In this document: positions 1-13,295 of the stretch, piece by piece
Position numbering within the stretch: position 1 is the first letter of the stretch
How the letters are laid out: each line of letters opens with the position of its first letter
From: Sphagnum compactum
Lineage: Eukaryota
DNA: 64,000 nucleotides
Direction: 5' to 3'
Assembly (NCBI GenBank): GCA_965153455.1
Contig: OZ234494.1
Location: 8,618,001 to 8,682,000 of the forward strand
The notes under the pieces: generated by a model
Databases searched by the model: none
What the model saw: only the letters and a program-made list of their open reading frames with translations
Told to the model about the DNA's origin: nothing
Program-made: the position numbers and the translations under genes

Positions 1-15
1 AACTTTGTAGGCGGT

Positions 16-715
16 TCAATATGAAAATAAGATTTTGGACAGGTGCTCATCCCAATCATTTCTATTCTCATCAACTAGTTTGGTTAGTAAGGTTCCAAAA
101 ACCTTATTTGTAGATTCAGCCTGTCCATTTCCTTGTGGATAATAAATAGTAGAACTAATATGTTTAAAAATGAAATGGTCAGTAAGGTATATGATCACAT
201 CATTGATAAAATGGGTACCTTGATTGGTCACAATGGTTAATGGACATCCAAATCTCATAAGGATGCGTTCGTATAAAAACTTGGTGGTTATTGCAACAAT
301 GTTGGTGCGGAGTGCTCGGGCTTCCACCCACTTTGTTGCATAATCAGTGGCTACCAAAATGTACTGGTTGCCTAACAATCTACTTGCAAGTTTAACATGT
401 CCAATAAAATCCAATTCCCATTTTTTAAATGATTCTTCAAGTAATGTGGTAACTAATTTAGCCAAGTTTGGGTCAATAGGTTACCTATTTTTGACATTGG
501 TAACAGGTTCAACAATATTCATAAACGTTTTGATTCATCGTCAACCACCAATAACTAACATCCAAGATATTTTGCACAGTGATATTAAAAGAGAAATGCC
601 CTCCTGCAACTCCTCCATGTAATTTTTTCAAAATTGTGGATACATGTTTTGGTTGCAGAACTTGATGAAACCTATTATCTTGTCTGAATCTGTACAATAC
701 TCCTTTTTGAAGCAC
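16..715 (-). pseudogene. Gypsy integrase fragments (zinc-binding region and rve catalytic core)
   Basis: ORF 509-715 (LH...GGHF...YWW) and ORF 16-465 (rve core) lie in different frames. Confidence 0.9.
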
Positions 716-899
716 AAATGGTTTAGCCTTTTGGGTTAAATACTACCTTTGGGATGTTGTAAGTATTTCTAGCATCATTCCTAATAGGTATTCATACAAA
801 CTCTATAACCACACAAGTTACAAGGTAAACATGTGAGCATCACATGTTTGATTAGGTTCTTTAATAGGTTCAGTGTGGTTTGGGTAATCTATTCAATGC

Positions 900-2245
900 A
901 TCTGCCATTAGATGGGATCTAAGGTTTATAAACAATTTTGATGTCATACTCCAAAACTAATAGGAGCCATATAACTAACCTACCAGAAACTTGTGGCTTG
1001 TTAACTAAATATACTAAAGGCATGTGATCCACAAAAAATGTAAACTTGTTGCCTAACAAGTAATGCCTAAATTTGTGTAAGGCATAAACCATAACTAAAG
1101 CCTTTCTTTCTGTAGTAGTATAATTTCGCTCAGCAAAATTAAACAGTATTGATGAGTACATAACAGGTGATCTATTTCACAGGCAATATGGCCCCTACTA
1201 CTAACTAAGACGCATAAGTGTGAACATGAAATTCCAGTTCCCAGTTAAGACTGATAAGTATAGGAGCTTGAATGTATCGGTTCTTGATATCCTCCCAAGC
1301 GATTTGACATTCAGCAATCCACTTGAACACTTTGGTTTTTCTAAATAACTTGGTGATTGGTGCCATAATAAAGGCAAAATTCTTGATGAAATGTAAAATT
1401 GGGCCATTCCATTGAAGACTTGAATTTTGTTAGGTGTTTTGGGCACTGGCATTTTGATTAGAGCCTCTATCTTCTTAAGATCAAGTTCTTCCCCTCTTTG
1501 GAAACTATGAATCCTAAAATGGTTCTAAAGCCTAAATGCACATTTCTTTGGATTCAAACTAATGCCATACTCTCTACATTTTAGAAAACACTTGCTGAGT
1601 TTTTCCTAATGAGTGGAAAGGTCACGAAAAATAGTAAAATCATCTAAAAAGATCTTCATGAACACAACAATGTATTCACGGAAAGCTTTGGTGATTGCCT
1701 TTTAATAGGTCGGTGGTCCATTTTTGACCCCAAAAGGCATTACAACCCATACAAAAGCCCCCCAATCAGTAATAAAGGCGATTTTGTACTGGTCTTTCGG
1801 TGTTATGGAAATTTGAAGGTATCCATAAAAACCATCTAGAAATGTATAAACTTCATGTCCAACTACAGTGTTAATAACCTCATCTGTAAAAGGTAATGGG
1901 TATGGGTGCTTTTAAATAGCTGCATTAAGCTTCTGAAGTCACACAAATTATGAGTTTTCCATTTTTCTTAAGCACTACAACTATAGGTGATAGCCAAGTA
2001 GCCTCTTCAACAGGTTTAATAAAACCTGTAGTAAGCAATTTGTCAATATCATGTTTGACAATGGCTGCATAGTTAGGATATAACTGGTACCTTGCTTGAT
2101 GAGTAGGTGGTATCGATGTGTCCAACTCAATTTGATGTTGAGCTACGTCAAATGGTATTCCCTTCAAATCTTTGTAAGTCGAGGTAAAAATGTCCTTGAA
2201 CTCCTTTAGCAATTCAATCAATTGATGACTAACAACAGGTTCCAA
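900..2245 (-). pseudogene. Gypsy reverse transcriptase and RNase H, disrupted
   Basis: ORFs 1925-2245, 1201-1452 and 919-1161. The RT motifs WVVMPFGVKNGP and FLDDF are readable between them. Confidence 0.9.
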
Positions 2246-5200
2246 ATCTACACTAATTTTAACCTATTGCAGGTTTTCTTCATAACTGAAATTGATCTTG
2301 GTCAATTATTTTTCTTTAATGATAGTTCATCCCACAATGCAAAGGTTTTGAACTTTGATTTGAATAGGCATTTCATTAATCTCCATTTCTCCTATTTTAG
2401 GTTGGAAAAACGTCTTTGGTAAACATTATTGGAAAGTATCAAGGGGTATAGCTATTTTAACAGGTTGTACAGGCACCAATTTGACAGGTATATCAGACAA
2501 AATAGGTGGCTCAAACACAGGTTCAATAGGTTTATTAACGTGTTTGACTAAATTTAAACCTACCCATGTAATCAATTTAACAGGTTGATTTGACCAAACT
2601 GATGTAGGGACAACTATACTTCCTAGTGAAAATAGTCTTGGTTTTGTGGTAAACATCAAAACCTCTTTTTCGTCACATATTCCAGAATGGAAATCATAAG
2701 AAACTAATACTTCTGGACGCTTGGTTGGTGCTCCAAGTTTCTTAGTAACATGTATGGTTCTAAGTGTATTAGCTTCTTCTATAGTAATAATGTTGTTGCC
2801 CTAATCATGAGACATTTTAGCATCCCTTAGCTAAGGATGAACTAACAACATAGAATAGTTGGAGTTTAACACACTATTTTGAATTACAATAAAAGTCACT
2901 ATAGAAGAATTCCATGATCAAGAATTCTAAGATCTTTAATCAAACCTAAGGGTTTGCAATGGTTTGATCAACCATATGCAGGTTATAAGATGCAGGTTTT
3001 GGTTTTGACAGACCTAATTGTACCCTCAATTTCTCCGTAAGAATATTAACTCTAGAACCACTATCTAGAAGCACATCTTCAATGAAGTTTTTCCCTACTT
3101 GAACCTATATTACTACCATTTGATGATCAATGGCAATTGATGCAACTGTTGGTTCTAGTAAAGTAGGTTTTGATGGTACTAGGTTAAAAATGTAGTTTTG
3201 ATATCAAGGATCGCCCGCAATAGTTGTTCCAAGTTCAATGTATACTTGGTCTCCAAGACTTGTTTACTGATATATCTTAAAATTTCTTTTAACATCTTCT
3301 TTGTAATAACATGTTCTGAAATGACAGGTTGTTGATTCACTTCACCGGTTTGATTGCTTACAGCCGATTGAGTCGTGGTTGAATTATCACGCAATCTAGC
3401 TTAATTACTCTATAATGAACCCTCATTGATAGTAGCAAGTTTTTTTTTAGCCCCACTATGTTGTAGTTGTCTAATAGTTTCAATGAAAGAATCTTGTAGA
3501 CACTCTTTTTGTTGCCATTCTTCAGCCCCTTTAGTTTTAATCAGCTCCTTCTCCTTGAACACTTGTTGTTCTGACTATTGATTGTGAGTGGTAACAGCAG
3601 TTACTACATTAATTGGCACATTTTTGGTTTTAGATGGTTTAGGTGTTGTCATGGCATTAGAACTATCAGGTTTAGTTCTGAACATGTTCTGTACTTCAAT
3701 TTTTCTGGGACATTCTCTGGATTTATGTTCTCTTCTAGAACAAATTATCCAGGGATAACAAATAGGTAGTTTTCCTAAATTAACAAGTTGGGTCTTTGTT
3801 CCTGCTACATGTTATGTAGACTTAACTGTAGTAGTTGGCACAACTACTACCCCTCTTTTCCTATTATGACAGGTTTCCATTGAATGACCAGTTTTACCAC
3901 AATTGGTACATGTTAATGTTGATTTAATTATAATAGTTGGTAATTCAGGTTTAACTACTACATTAGCCTTTGGTGTAGTTAATAGAACATTGTAACTCAA
4001 ACTAGCATGTCCACTTTCCTCACATACTATAGCAGCTTCTTTATGTTCGATTAAAGTATTTCTCTTCATACCTACAGTTATTAATTTTAGACAAGGTAAT
4101 AAACCTGCCTTGAAAATAGTGGTGAGAAAATTTTTGTTGTTATAACTTGTAGACAATTAGCTAATTTCAATAGGTGTTCATAATAAGCCTCAACATATTT
4201 GGTGGTTTATTATAATATGTTATGCAATTGCATGTAAACCCCTTCATTGTTCTTTACAATTCTGAATCACTTGCAAAATGCTTGCTCCAATTCTTCAAAA
4301 GTGCAATTTGGATGGTCTTGAACATACTTTTCACCCCATTCAGAGATACTATACTTGAGAGTAAAACCAAACAAGTTGATGATGTCACCTCCACTATTTC
4401 ACCATTAGCTTTAATGGCCTTCTTGGATACTTTTATGTGAGCATCTGGATTAGTGTCTTTGACATAGGTTGGGTATTGTAACTTCCTGTTTGTAAGCTGG
4501 GTGGTTGGTTCTAAAACATGTTGTATAACATGTGGTCGATTCCATGGTGGTATAAACACACATGGATCAGGTGTTGGCCATCCAAAAGATCCAACAAATG
4601 GATTGAAGGGTGGCTCTCCCGATAGATCTCCTCTAGGTGAAATTCCTCTAAGTGAATCTCCAGGTTGTCCTCCATCTGGTGGTTGGTGATCAGAACCTCT
4701 AGGTATATGAGTTGGTAAACTAGTAGTAACTTGTACAATGGTTGGCATTGATGTAGTAATAGGTTGCTGAACAGGTTGTTTGTCCTTACTAGTTGGTTGA
4801 ACCATTGTAGGAAATTAATTGCCAACAAAATATGGTATATATGTTGGTGGTACAATAGGTTGTTCAGGTACTAGGTACACATTCCCAGGTACCTAACCAG
4901 CATAATTCCTAAAGATCGAGGAATCAAGTCCTTTTGTTTTAGTTGAATTTGCTCGATACAAACCAAGATTTAAAGGCACAAAAGGGGGTATGACATTTTG
5001 ATGTTGTTCATTGACTTTTCCCCTCTATGTTGCATCTGTGTTTGGTGCATTCACAGGTTCATCTCCCATAGGTTGCACTTGTTCATCTTGTTCTTTTGCA
5101 TGTTCCTAAACAAGTTGATGTTTAACATGTTTTAATTGTTTTCTAAGACTTCTAATAACTACTCTTGACATTTTCTAAAATCAACAGCTTTTAGGAAAGC

Positions 5201-5506
5201 CTTTGCATTATTTTTGAACAATATTTTTTTTTTTTTCAAAACAACCGCTCCTAGTAATCAAAAGTTTGTATAAAACTCCTTTTATAGATTAGGCACTTAT
5301 TTATTTTCAAAAACTCTCCACTAACCTCACCGTATTCCTAAGGTTTCCAGACTAAATCAAGATCAAAAACTTGAATCCTAAAGTTTACACAAAACAAACA
5401 AACATGTGACAAATCAAAAATTTGAAGCATGATCATTTTCAAACCTGATCTATTAAACTATTAAATCTAACCAAAAATTCTAAATGTGATTGCTTCTGAA
5501 TTTTAA

Positions 5507-5524
5507 TCCACTGCGTGGTCGCCA
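5507..5524 (-). promoter_or_regulatory. Primer-binding site, tRNA-Arg-like
   Basis: Minus strand reads ...AACA-TT-TGGCGACCACGCAGTGGA. A TGG-starting tract 2 nt after an LTR-type CA end. It resembles the complement of the plant tRNA-Arg(UCG) 3' end (from memory). Confidence 0.7.
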
Positions 5525-5526
5525 AA

Positions 5527-6370
5527 TGTTAATGAATTGTTTTCTATTCCTATCAAGGTTAATTTACCTTTGGATTTTTCAGTAACATGTCCTTAAACAA
5601 CAACAGGTACATACAATACACAAATAAAACTTAAACTAATACAAAAACTAAACTAACATGCACACAAATTGCTCAAGCTTGAAGGAAATAGGCTGAAAGA
5701 AAAATGATCCATGTTCTATAATTGAATAATGAAAACACAAAATTATGAATGAAATCCAAAAGTCCCTCAACATGTCTATCCTCCTAGTCTTATACTAGCC
5801 AATTCAAAATACAACAATCATAATTGACCATTATAAACTCACTAGTACAAATTGGCCAAAATGTAACCAATCTCTTTGTGATTACATGCAACTATTAATT
5901 ATTTGCAACTACATTTGGACATTTTTGCAACTATTTCTTGTGTTGGTCATATTTGCGACTACAGTGCAACTACTTTGCAACTATTTTGGTGTTCATCCTT
6001 CCATTGTGAACAACATTTAGTTTAATTTTCATCCAAGAAGAACAATTTATGTCCCATTAGTTGCAAATATGACCAATTTAGTTGTAACCCTATAAGTATA
6101 TAAAGGTGTATTGTGTGAATTCTAAATAATATAGTTGGGTGTATTGGGATTTATAAACAAATATTTTGAATGTATACGAACAACCATATTAGATGTATAT
6201 TCAAATATTATTATTATCATAAATGGCTTCGATATTATGGTTACATTATGGTATATATTTTGAGTATATCAAAATTGTACGTAAGATATTTGCTAAATAT
6301 ATTAATTATGCCCATATTACAAGTTTATCCAAACCATTTTATTATACATCTTAAAATTATTATAAACGAC

Positions 6371-6403
<33 letters not shown>

Positions 6404-8686
6404 TTATATTAATTATATGTAATAAAAAATAAATCTCAATATTATCTTTAACTAAAATCTAAAAAAAATAATATCTTATTACATAATGATGATGATGATG
6501 ATATTAAATGATAAGAAAAATAATTCTATAATTACTGAAGTAATTAAAAATTTAATGTATTATTATATTATTATTAAGTTATTTCAAATGACTAATGTAC
6601 TTGTTATGAATTAGATTTTATTTATTTAAAAATAAAAAATCAATTATAATAAATCATAATAGTTTTAACAAGTGACATATAATAATAATAATAATAATAA
6701 AGTAGCTAACCTAGGCTAGTGATAATTTCATTATTGTTATTATTATCAAAGTAATCATTTATGAAATATTACTAGACTAATATAATAATAATTGAGAAAT
6801 ATTAATATATATTTTTAAGTTTTTATATTTCAAATTTATACATGATATTTATTACTTATTAATAAGTCAATGACTATAATCATTTACGGATATATAATTT
6901 TTATTTTCAGTTATATTATTTTATAATAATAATAATATTAGTTAGAAGGAAATCTAATAAATTATTATACAAATGTAAAAATTATTTTTGAAGGAAAATA
7001 TACTTATTAAAAATATAAAATATTTTACTATAATAATTCATAAATAGATTTAATGAGTGAAGTATAATGTGAATAATAAAAATAAAATAGTTAACCTTGG
7101 TCACCAACTAGCTACAATAAGAATTGATTTAATGTTATTGTTACTATTAAATATTTACTTTTATAATTATTAACTATATAAATGAAAATAATAATGAGAA
7201 TAATTATAATAAAGTAGTTAGCCTAGGTTAGGTCTTAATTATATTATTAAATATTTAAAACTTAGTACTCAATATTTATAATTAATTGTTCATAACTATT
7301 AAATACTGAATATTTCAGTTATTATATTAATTTAGGTTACAAAACAATAATTTATTACTTATTAATAATTAGATAAATATTTCAATATTAGCCAATTACT
7401 AGTTAATTAAATTGGTTGATAGATTATTATAGTTAGTATATAATTATAATTAAATATATTACTATTTATCTAATTAATTAATTAATATTTAATATAATAT
7501 TATTATTTCAGTAATAATAAGATTTGATCATTATTACTATAAATAGTTAGTTAGTTGGATAATTTATAAAGTGAATTAGTTAGTTTTTAGTTTAGTTGTT
7601 AATTAATTAGCAAGTTTATTAATTTATTTTTTAATATTTTATTATTTAATTAGTTAGCTAATTAGTTAACTAGCTAGGTGTCACTTACTTACTTAATTAT
7701 ATACTTTTCAAAATGGTAATGATAGCCAAAACATATGGGATAAACCTTTTAGTTACAAGTCATTTGCGACTAAACATTTTAGTCACAAACAACTTGTAAC
7801 GTAAAAGTTTATCCCATATGTTTTGGCTTTCATTCCCATCTTGAAAAGTATACAAACAAGGTGTTTTATCCTAAAGTTACATATTAAAATAGATGGGCAT
7901 ATGAGATGAATCATTAAATATGACTTGACCCAAAATAAAATAAATATTCATGTACTTACACCTAATTACCTGCTTCCCTAACTTGTTTACCTACTTTTTT
8001 ACCTACCTACCTACCTAAGTAGGTATTTGGCTTAGGTAGGTAGATAGGTCCTATCTAGATAGATGTTTAGCCTAGATAGTTAGATAAGTATATAGGTAGG
8101 TAGGTATTTAGTGCAACCTACATACCTGAATATCGATTTAAATTTAATTTGGAAATTTTTAATTAATATGCCACGTGGCAATTTTTTTATTACACCACGT
8201 GTCACAATCTAAACCATCCAAACATAAAAATTAAACGTCTTAGATTATTTCAAAATAATAATAATAATTTTTAATTATTAAGAGTTGGGACATGTGGCAA
8301 CACATAACTTGTTCCCATTGTTCACCAAAAAAGTCACATATTCATTGCAAACGACAATACATATATGATTAGTCAAAGGATGAAAGCGTATTTTGTTGAT
8401 TTTTTCTTTCATCCAAAATTCGTTGTCGTTTGCAACTAGTGTCAATGCAACTTGTCCAACGCGACTATTAATATTTTAGTTATAAATGTCGCTTGCAACT
8501 AAAAATTAGTCGCATGGACCAGTTGCAAAATGACCATTTTCTACTAGTGACTATCATTAGCCAATACCTAGACTAACAGTTCAAAATTTCAAATAGTACA
8601 CCATGCCTGACTACTTATCCACCTACCATGTTTAATTAACTGGTTAGGTTAATACTACAAGTTAGGTTAAATAATAGGTTATGACA
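5527..8686 (-). repeat. 5' LTR of the Gypsy element, split by a CACTA insertion (distal end uncertain)
   Basis: TGTT at 5527 abuts the PBS. The distal boundary ...ATGACA (8686) is a guess because the partner LTR lies outside the window. Confidence 0.5.
5840..8549 (+). mobile_element. Non-autonomous CACTA (En/Spm) DNA transposon, copy 1
   Basis: Termini CACTAGTACAAATTGGCCA / TGACCATTTTCTACTAGTG. 3-bp TSD ACT (5837-5839, 8550-8552). Subterminal TTGCAACTA repeats and a very AT-rich non-coding core. Colinear with 28783-31467. Confidence 0.95.
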
Positions 8687-8913
8687 TCTGTTAAGTTTAA
8701 CAACTTACTTATATTATCATCATGTTACCAAATTTGGGTACCAATGTTGGTAGGCAGAAAAATAGATGGGGGGTGGGAAGGTGGGTGGGGATGAAAGTCA
8801 CACATTTTAAATATATAGGTGAGTAGGTCGGTGGGGGACAATGGGGGGTAGTAGGCGGGTGGGTGGGAAAAGTTTCAAAAGCAAAAAAAAATTAAAAAAT
8901 GGGGGTCGGGGGT

Positions 8914-9198
8914 GGGTTCCATAACATATCTTTTGGAATTTGGAAGGGTATTGCATAGTCTAGCAAAACCTAGAAGGCAAGCATTACCTGCATCATTTTG
9001 CGATAATATCATATACCATGAAAGAATTTTTTTAAAAAATAAAGAATATTCCATGTTCACTATTTGATGTTAGAGATATTGATTCAAGAAAATGAGGGTA
9101 TTGTAAACTTCTTCACATTGATGTTAAAAGGTCCATCTGAACGAAGTTATGGAATTTAAATACAATACCTGCATCATCTTGGGATATTTGCATTCACC
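8914..9198 (+). repeat. Left arm of a ~280-bp diverged inverted repeat (partner 13296-13567)
   Basis: For example CATCATCTTGGGATATTTGCATTCA (~9172-9196) pairs with TGAATGCAAATATCCCATGATGATG (~13297-13321), and GGGTTCCATAAC pairs with GTTATGGAACCC. Confidence 0.85.
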
Positions 9199-9540
9199 TT
9201 AAAACTTGGAGGGGTATTGCATAGCCATAGAAAAACCTAGAATCCCAAGCAAGACCCTTCTTGGTTCGTCACTCAAGCAAGACATTTTCTATAGAAGATT
9301 TTTTTTTGTAATTCCATTCTTGTTTGCATCCAAGATGCAGAGATGAATCTTTTGAGGAAGAAGGCTAGATAACAACAATGTTCAAAGAACACCTTGACAT
9401 TTTTCATACTAGGGTGGTGACATGTGGACCTTTTGAAACTCTTTTACCTAGAGACTCTTTTGCATGTCCAAATTTGCAAAAACATATGTAAAAATGGAAA
9501 GCAAGTTGAGTGAATTTGGAATGGGTTGTTTTGAATGTAG

Positions 9541-9860
9541 GTATTGAGTGAGACCCTAAGGTTGTCAAGTTTCATGTGGTGGCTTCCAAGAAAAACCAAC
9601 AACGACATAGACATCAATGGTGCATTTTTCTTTTGTCCTTCGACATGTGCTTTGTCTTTCTGTTTCCAAAACTTGCCTTCATATTTGACATGGATTGGCA
9701 AGTATGGTTCTATGTATATAGCATGTCATGAAGTTGTTGGAATTCATTGACAGGATTCAGGGTGAAGAAGGGGTGAAAGGTGATTATGGATTTGCATGTT
9801 GGACATCATGATCCAGCCTTTTTCAAAGACCCATTGGAGTTTCAACAGTTTCGATTTGAG
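9541..9860 (+). pseudogene. Cytochrome P450 (CYP85-clan-like) two-exon fragment
   Basis: Exon 9541-9619 (79 nt, AG/GT flanked) encodes VLSETLRLSSFMWWLPRKTNNDIDING with the ExxR motif. Exon 9754-9860 (107 nt, AG/GT flanked) encodes GFRVKKG*KVIMDLHVGHHDPAFFKDPLEFQQFRFE, the meander/PERF region with a TGG>TGA stop. No heme-cysteine exon seen downstream. Confidence 0.85.
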
Positions 9861-10056
9861 GTGAATGGTGTCCAAACCTTAATAAAACATTGTGGGTCAT
9901 AAGAAAGACATTTCAATTTAGCTTCATAACATGTTAAGCCAAGTTTGAATGGCACTTGTATTGTAATTCACAAATTTGATTGCAACCATTGAATTTTGAG
10001 ATACCTTCTTAGTTGATGTGTTGATGCAACCACAGGGTCTGGTTCTTGGGTAATTT

Positions 10057-11230
10057 TTAATCATCTTCTTCTTTGTTAGAATTAATCAACGCCATGAAAT
10101 CATTATCTTGATAAGAGTGCTCTTCATTTTTACTTGTTAACATGACCACCTTGTTGTCATCATCATCAACATCATCTTTGTCATCCTCATCCTTGTCCCC
10201 CTTGTCCTTTTCCTTATAGTCTTCATCATCTACAATATCTTCCTCTTCAATGTCATTCTTAAAATCATCTTCATTAACCTTGTCATCGGCATTCAACACT
10301 GCTTCTGTTGTCCCAAGAACTTTCACAATGACTAGATGGTGAGGTGATTGTGAAGAAGAGCTTGTTGTCAACCTTGAGCTCATTATCAACTGCAAATGCA
10401 ATCCATCTAGTTGTAAAGTAGCCCATGGAAATCTGAAAATGGGCACGCTACCCATACTTTACTAGCCATTATTTGTCATACTTACACCTTTCTAAGAAAA
10501 CTTCCATGTTGATGCATGAAGCAACATGGAATTTCTTGTAAATCAAGCAATATGCTTGTCACCATTAAAATGAGTAACAACCATTTTCTTGACTGTTTTG
10601 AAGCTCTTCATGAAGTTCAAACATGCTTGACATTTGTAAACCCAATTATTTAATATGTTATTTCATTCATGGTTTTGGTTTGTCATCATCAACATGTCCA
10701 AAGATTGTTCACCAAATATGATGAGTTGCTTACAGAAAAATATATATTGTAGGGAGCCAAATATTTGACAAAAGTTGGAAACATAGAGCATGAATTGAAA
10801 TAATTTCTTGTCATTTTTTTGGACCTATAGGTTCTACTATTAACCTCATCAACATTGCAACTTTGTGTTTATGCTCGATAAGCATGAGGTCGATCAAAGA
10901 CCAAAGATGGTATTGATTTTTTCTCTAAAGTTGCATCTAGTTGTTTGTGTTTTTGGCCCCAAACTTTTTTTTTTCCTTTTTGACTCCTTCGGTTCCATCA
11001 AAGACATGTGAAATTTTGAATGTGCCCTGAGGGAAATGATGATATGGTCACCTCTTTCCAATCTAACAACATGAACATCTTGCCAACCTTGCTCAAAAAA
11101 AACTCTAGAATAAGTTGATCTTTCTATAACCTTTAAATGAACCAACAATGGTCAACCACTTGGTAGCTTGAGGTGAATGTTTTCTCCAAACCTATGTCCA
11201 CATTCTTGCAAAAAGATTACAAGGATCTCC
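10057..11230 (-). pseudogene. Tandem B3-domain (REM/VRN1-like) transcription factor pseudogene with acidic tail
   Basis: B3-like unit 1: ENIHLKLPSG*PLLVHLKV...VFFEQGWQDVHVVRLERGDHIIISLRAHSKFH. Unit 2 (~10320-10500): GYFTTRWIAFAVDNELKVDNKLFFTITSPS. A D/E-rich tail follows (ORF 10057-10455). Stops and frameshifts are present. Confidence 0.7.
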
Positions 11231-11464
11231 TACAGGGATCCAACAACATCCTCTCCCTCATGGTGGAGTGATTGGAAACAGGGGATATCCTGCATCTTTC
11301 TAACAACATCCTCCATCTTCCATCCTCATGGTGGATTGATTCATTTGAAATTTGACCCAAGGGACAAGATTGAATGCGCAAAATTTGCAAGGAAAGTACT
11401 TATAGCAACTTTGAGAGAAAAAAAAACTCACAATTATGGAGTTTTGCCTTTTGAACTTTCCAGA

Positions 11465-11672
11465 GTTTGCGCAGACTCCCGCCTACACTTGTGGGACCCT
11501 TCGACTCTCGTGCAGACTCTTGCCCCCACGCCTGGGACCTTGGACCCCTACATGGACTTTCACCCCCATTCCTGGGACCTTGGACTTTCGTGTGGACTCT
11601 TGTTTGCACTTTTGAAACCCTTTGGTTCTCACGTAGACTCTCACCCCACTTTCGAGACCTTCGACTCTCGCG
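11465..11672 (+). repeat. GC-rich short degenerate tandem repeat
   Basis: Recurring GGGACCTTGGAC / GACTCTCG / TGGACT motifs. Confidence 0.6.
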
Positions 11673-13295
11673 GTGGGATAATATTTTGATTTTGAATCAA
11701 TTGATTAAACAAATGATTTTGAAAGGTTTGAAACTTGCCTATCATTACATTTTACATGTTTAAATTTTAGTTTTCATGAAGTCATTGCATATCAATACGC
11801 ATTTAAAGAAAGCCACAACAAAAAGAGCCAAAGAATATTACAAAATCTGACCCAAATTTGAATTCTCAAAAACTCTTCAAATTGGTATTGCACATTCAAT
11901 GCTACACACACAAACCATGGAATTGCCAATGCTTTAAATGGGTTGACGGTTTTTATAAAATTCATGTAATGTAACAACCACCTTTGATGAAAATGGAAAC
12001 AAAATTGTGACCAAGAAATTATTTCGGGTTTAACTTTCTATAAGTTGATAGTATCTTAATTTATAATCATCATGAATGTAAGGATTTAAATAGTGGATAT
12101 CGGGTAAAATTATGCGCATCCATTACAAGATGATTACATACCATAGCCCAACTAACAAGCTCAGTTGCTCCCTTCAAAGCATTTGGAGCACAAATTCAAA
12201 ACAACCACAATTGGAAGAAGTTAGGTTCTAGAAGCCTCATTTGAAGAATGCACCTATGAAGAATACCCCACCTTTGCCCCACCTTCCTCCTCCATGAAAT
12301 GTTTAATTAAAAATTTTAGCAAGTTAAAATAATTATGCAAAAATTATATCTCTAGACAAAAATGTATATTTTCACACATTATCAAACTAAGTATATCATC
12401 ATTTTAGTACATTGTAAACTAAAATTTACATAGAAATAATATTCAATTACATGCATTAATAAAATATACAACCTTAATAACTTATCTTTTGGAATTTTTA
12501 ATTCTCATAAAAAATAAATTTTACAAAATTGCACTTTACATAACCATAGGTTTACATATATATAAATATATATATAAATCAATTTTTTTTCTATTTTAAA
12601 TAAATATGAAGACATTTATATATATTATAATCAAAAATATAATTCCATAATATCATTAATTATGTATTATGTATTACTCAATATGTTAAAAATAATAATA
12701 TATTTAAACCAATATTTAAGCCAATATTATACATCATAAAAAATAAAATTTACATAAAGACTTGTGTTATATCTTTATAAAATATAAAATATTACCGACC
12801 TACTATACAATTATTTTAGGTTAGAAATTATTTATTATATGTCAAAAAGTTTTAAATAAATTTTCAATCATACATAGGATTAATATGTGGGAAAAATTAT
12901 TAAAAGAAGTAAAAAATCATATGCTTCAATTAATTTTTTTAAATATGAATCAAAATATTTTAAAATATTTATTAAATTAGAGACTTTATATTTTTATTTT
13001 TTGAAATGTGTTTACAATTTTAAGAGGGGAAAACATAAATATGTACATCATTGAAAAAATCTTAAACATGAATTTTAAATTTTCAAATTTTGACAAACTC
13101 TGAACTTTAACATTAATTAGTAACTTTTACATTAAACCCTAAACATTTGTACCATCAGTGTGACCAATTTTTCATTATGTTCATTTTTATATATGTTAAA
13201 TCATATTGTAAGGTGAACGAATAATTTTGAAAACATGAATTTCATGATATATTGATGGGGAATCAAATATTTAAAAAATATTCTTATGTCTCATG

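Larger units (their letters stand above)
1..5526 (-). mobile_element. Degenerate Ty3/Gypsy LTR retrotransposon internal region (gag-PR-RT-RH-INT), running off the window start
   Basis: Minus-strand fragments in Gypsy order: gag zinc knuckle CTNCGKTGHSMETC (~3870-3915); protease DVLLDSGSRVNI (~3045-3080); RT (EFKDIFTSTYKDLKGI...WLSPIVVV; IFLDDF at ~1640-1660); RNase H (AERNYTTTERKALVMVYALHKFRHYL); integrase core (WELDFIG, VATDYATKWVEA, YYPQGNGQAESTNK). Many stops and frameshifts. Confidence 0.95.

Noticed and set aside
5507-5524. tRNA gene
   Set aside because: Only ~18 nt match a tRNA 3' end including CCA. It is a retroelement PBS with no cloverleaf.
6170-7690. Extremely AT-rich tract as an organellar or foreign insert
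   Set aside because: It is the internal core of the CACTA element and is repeated at ~29080-30600. No organellar genes are visible.
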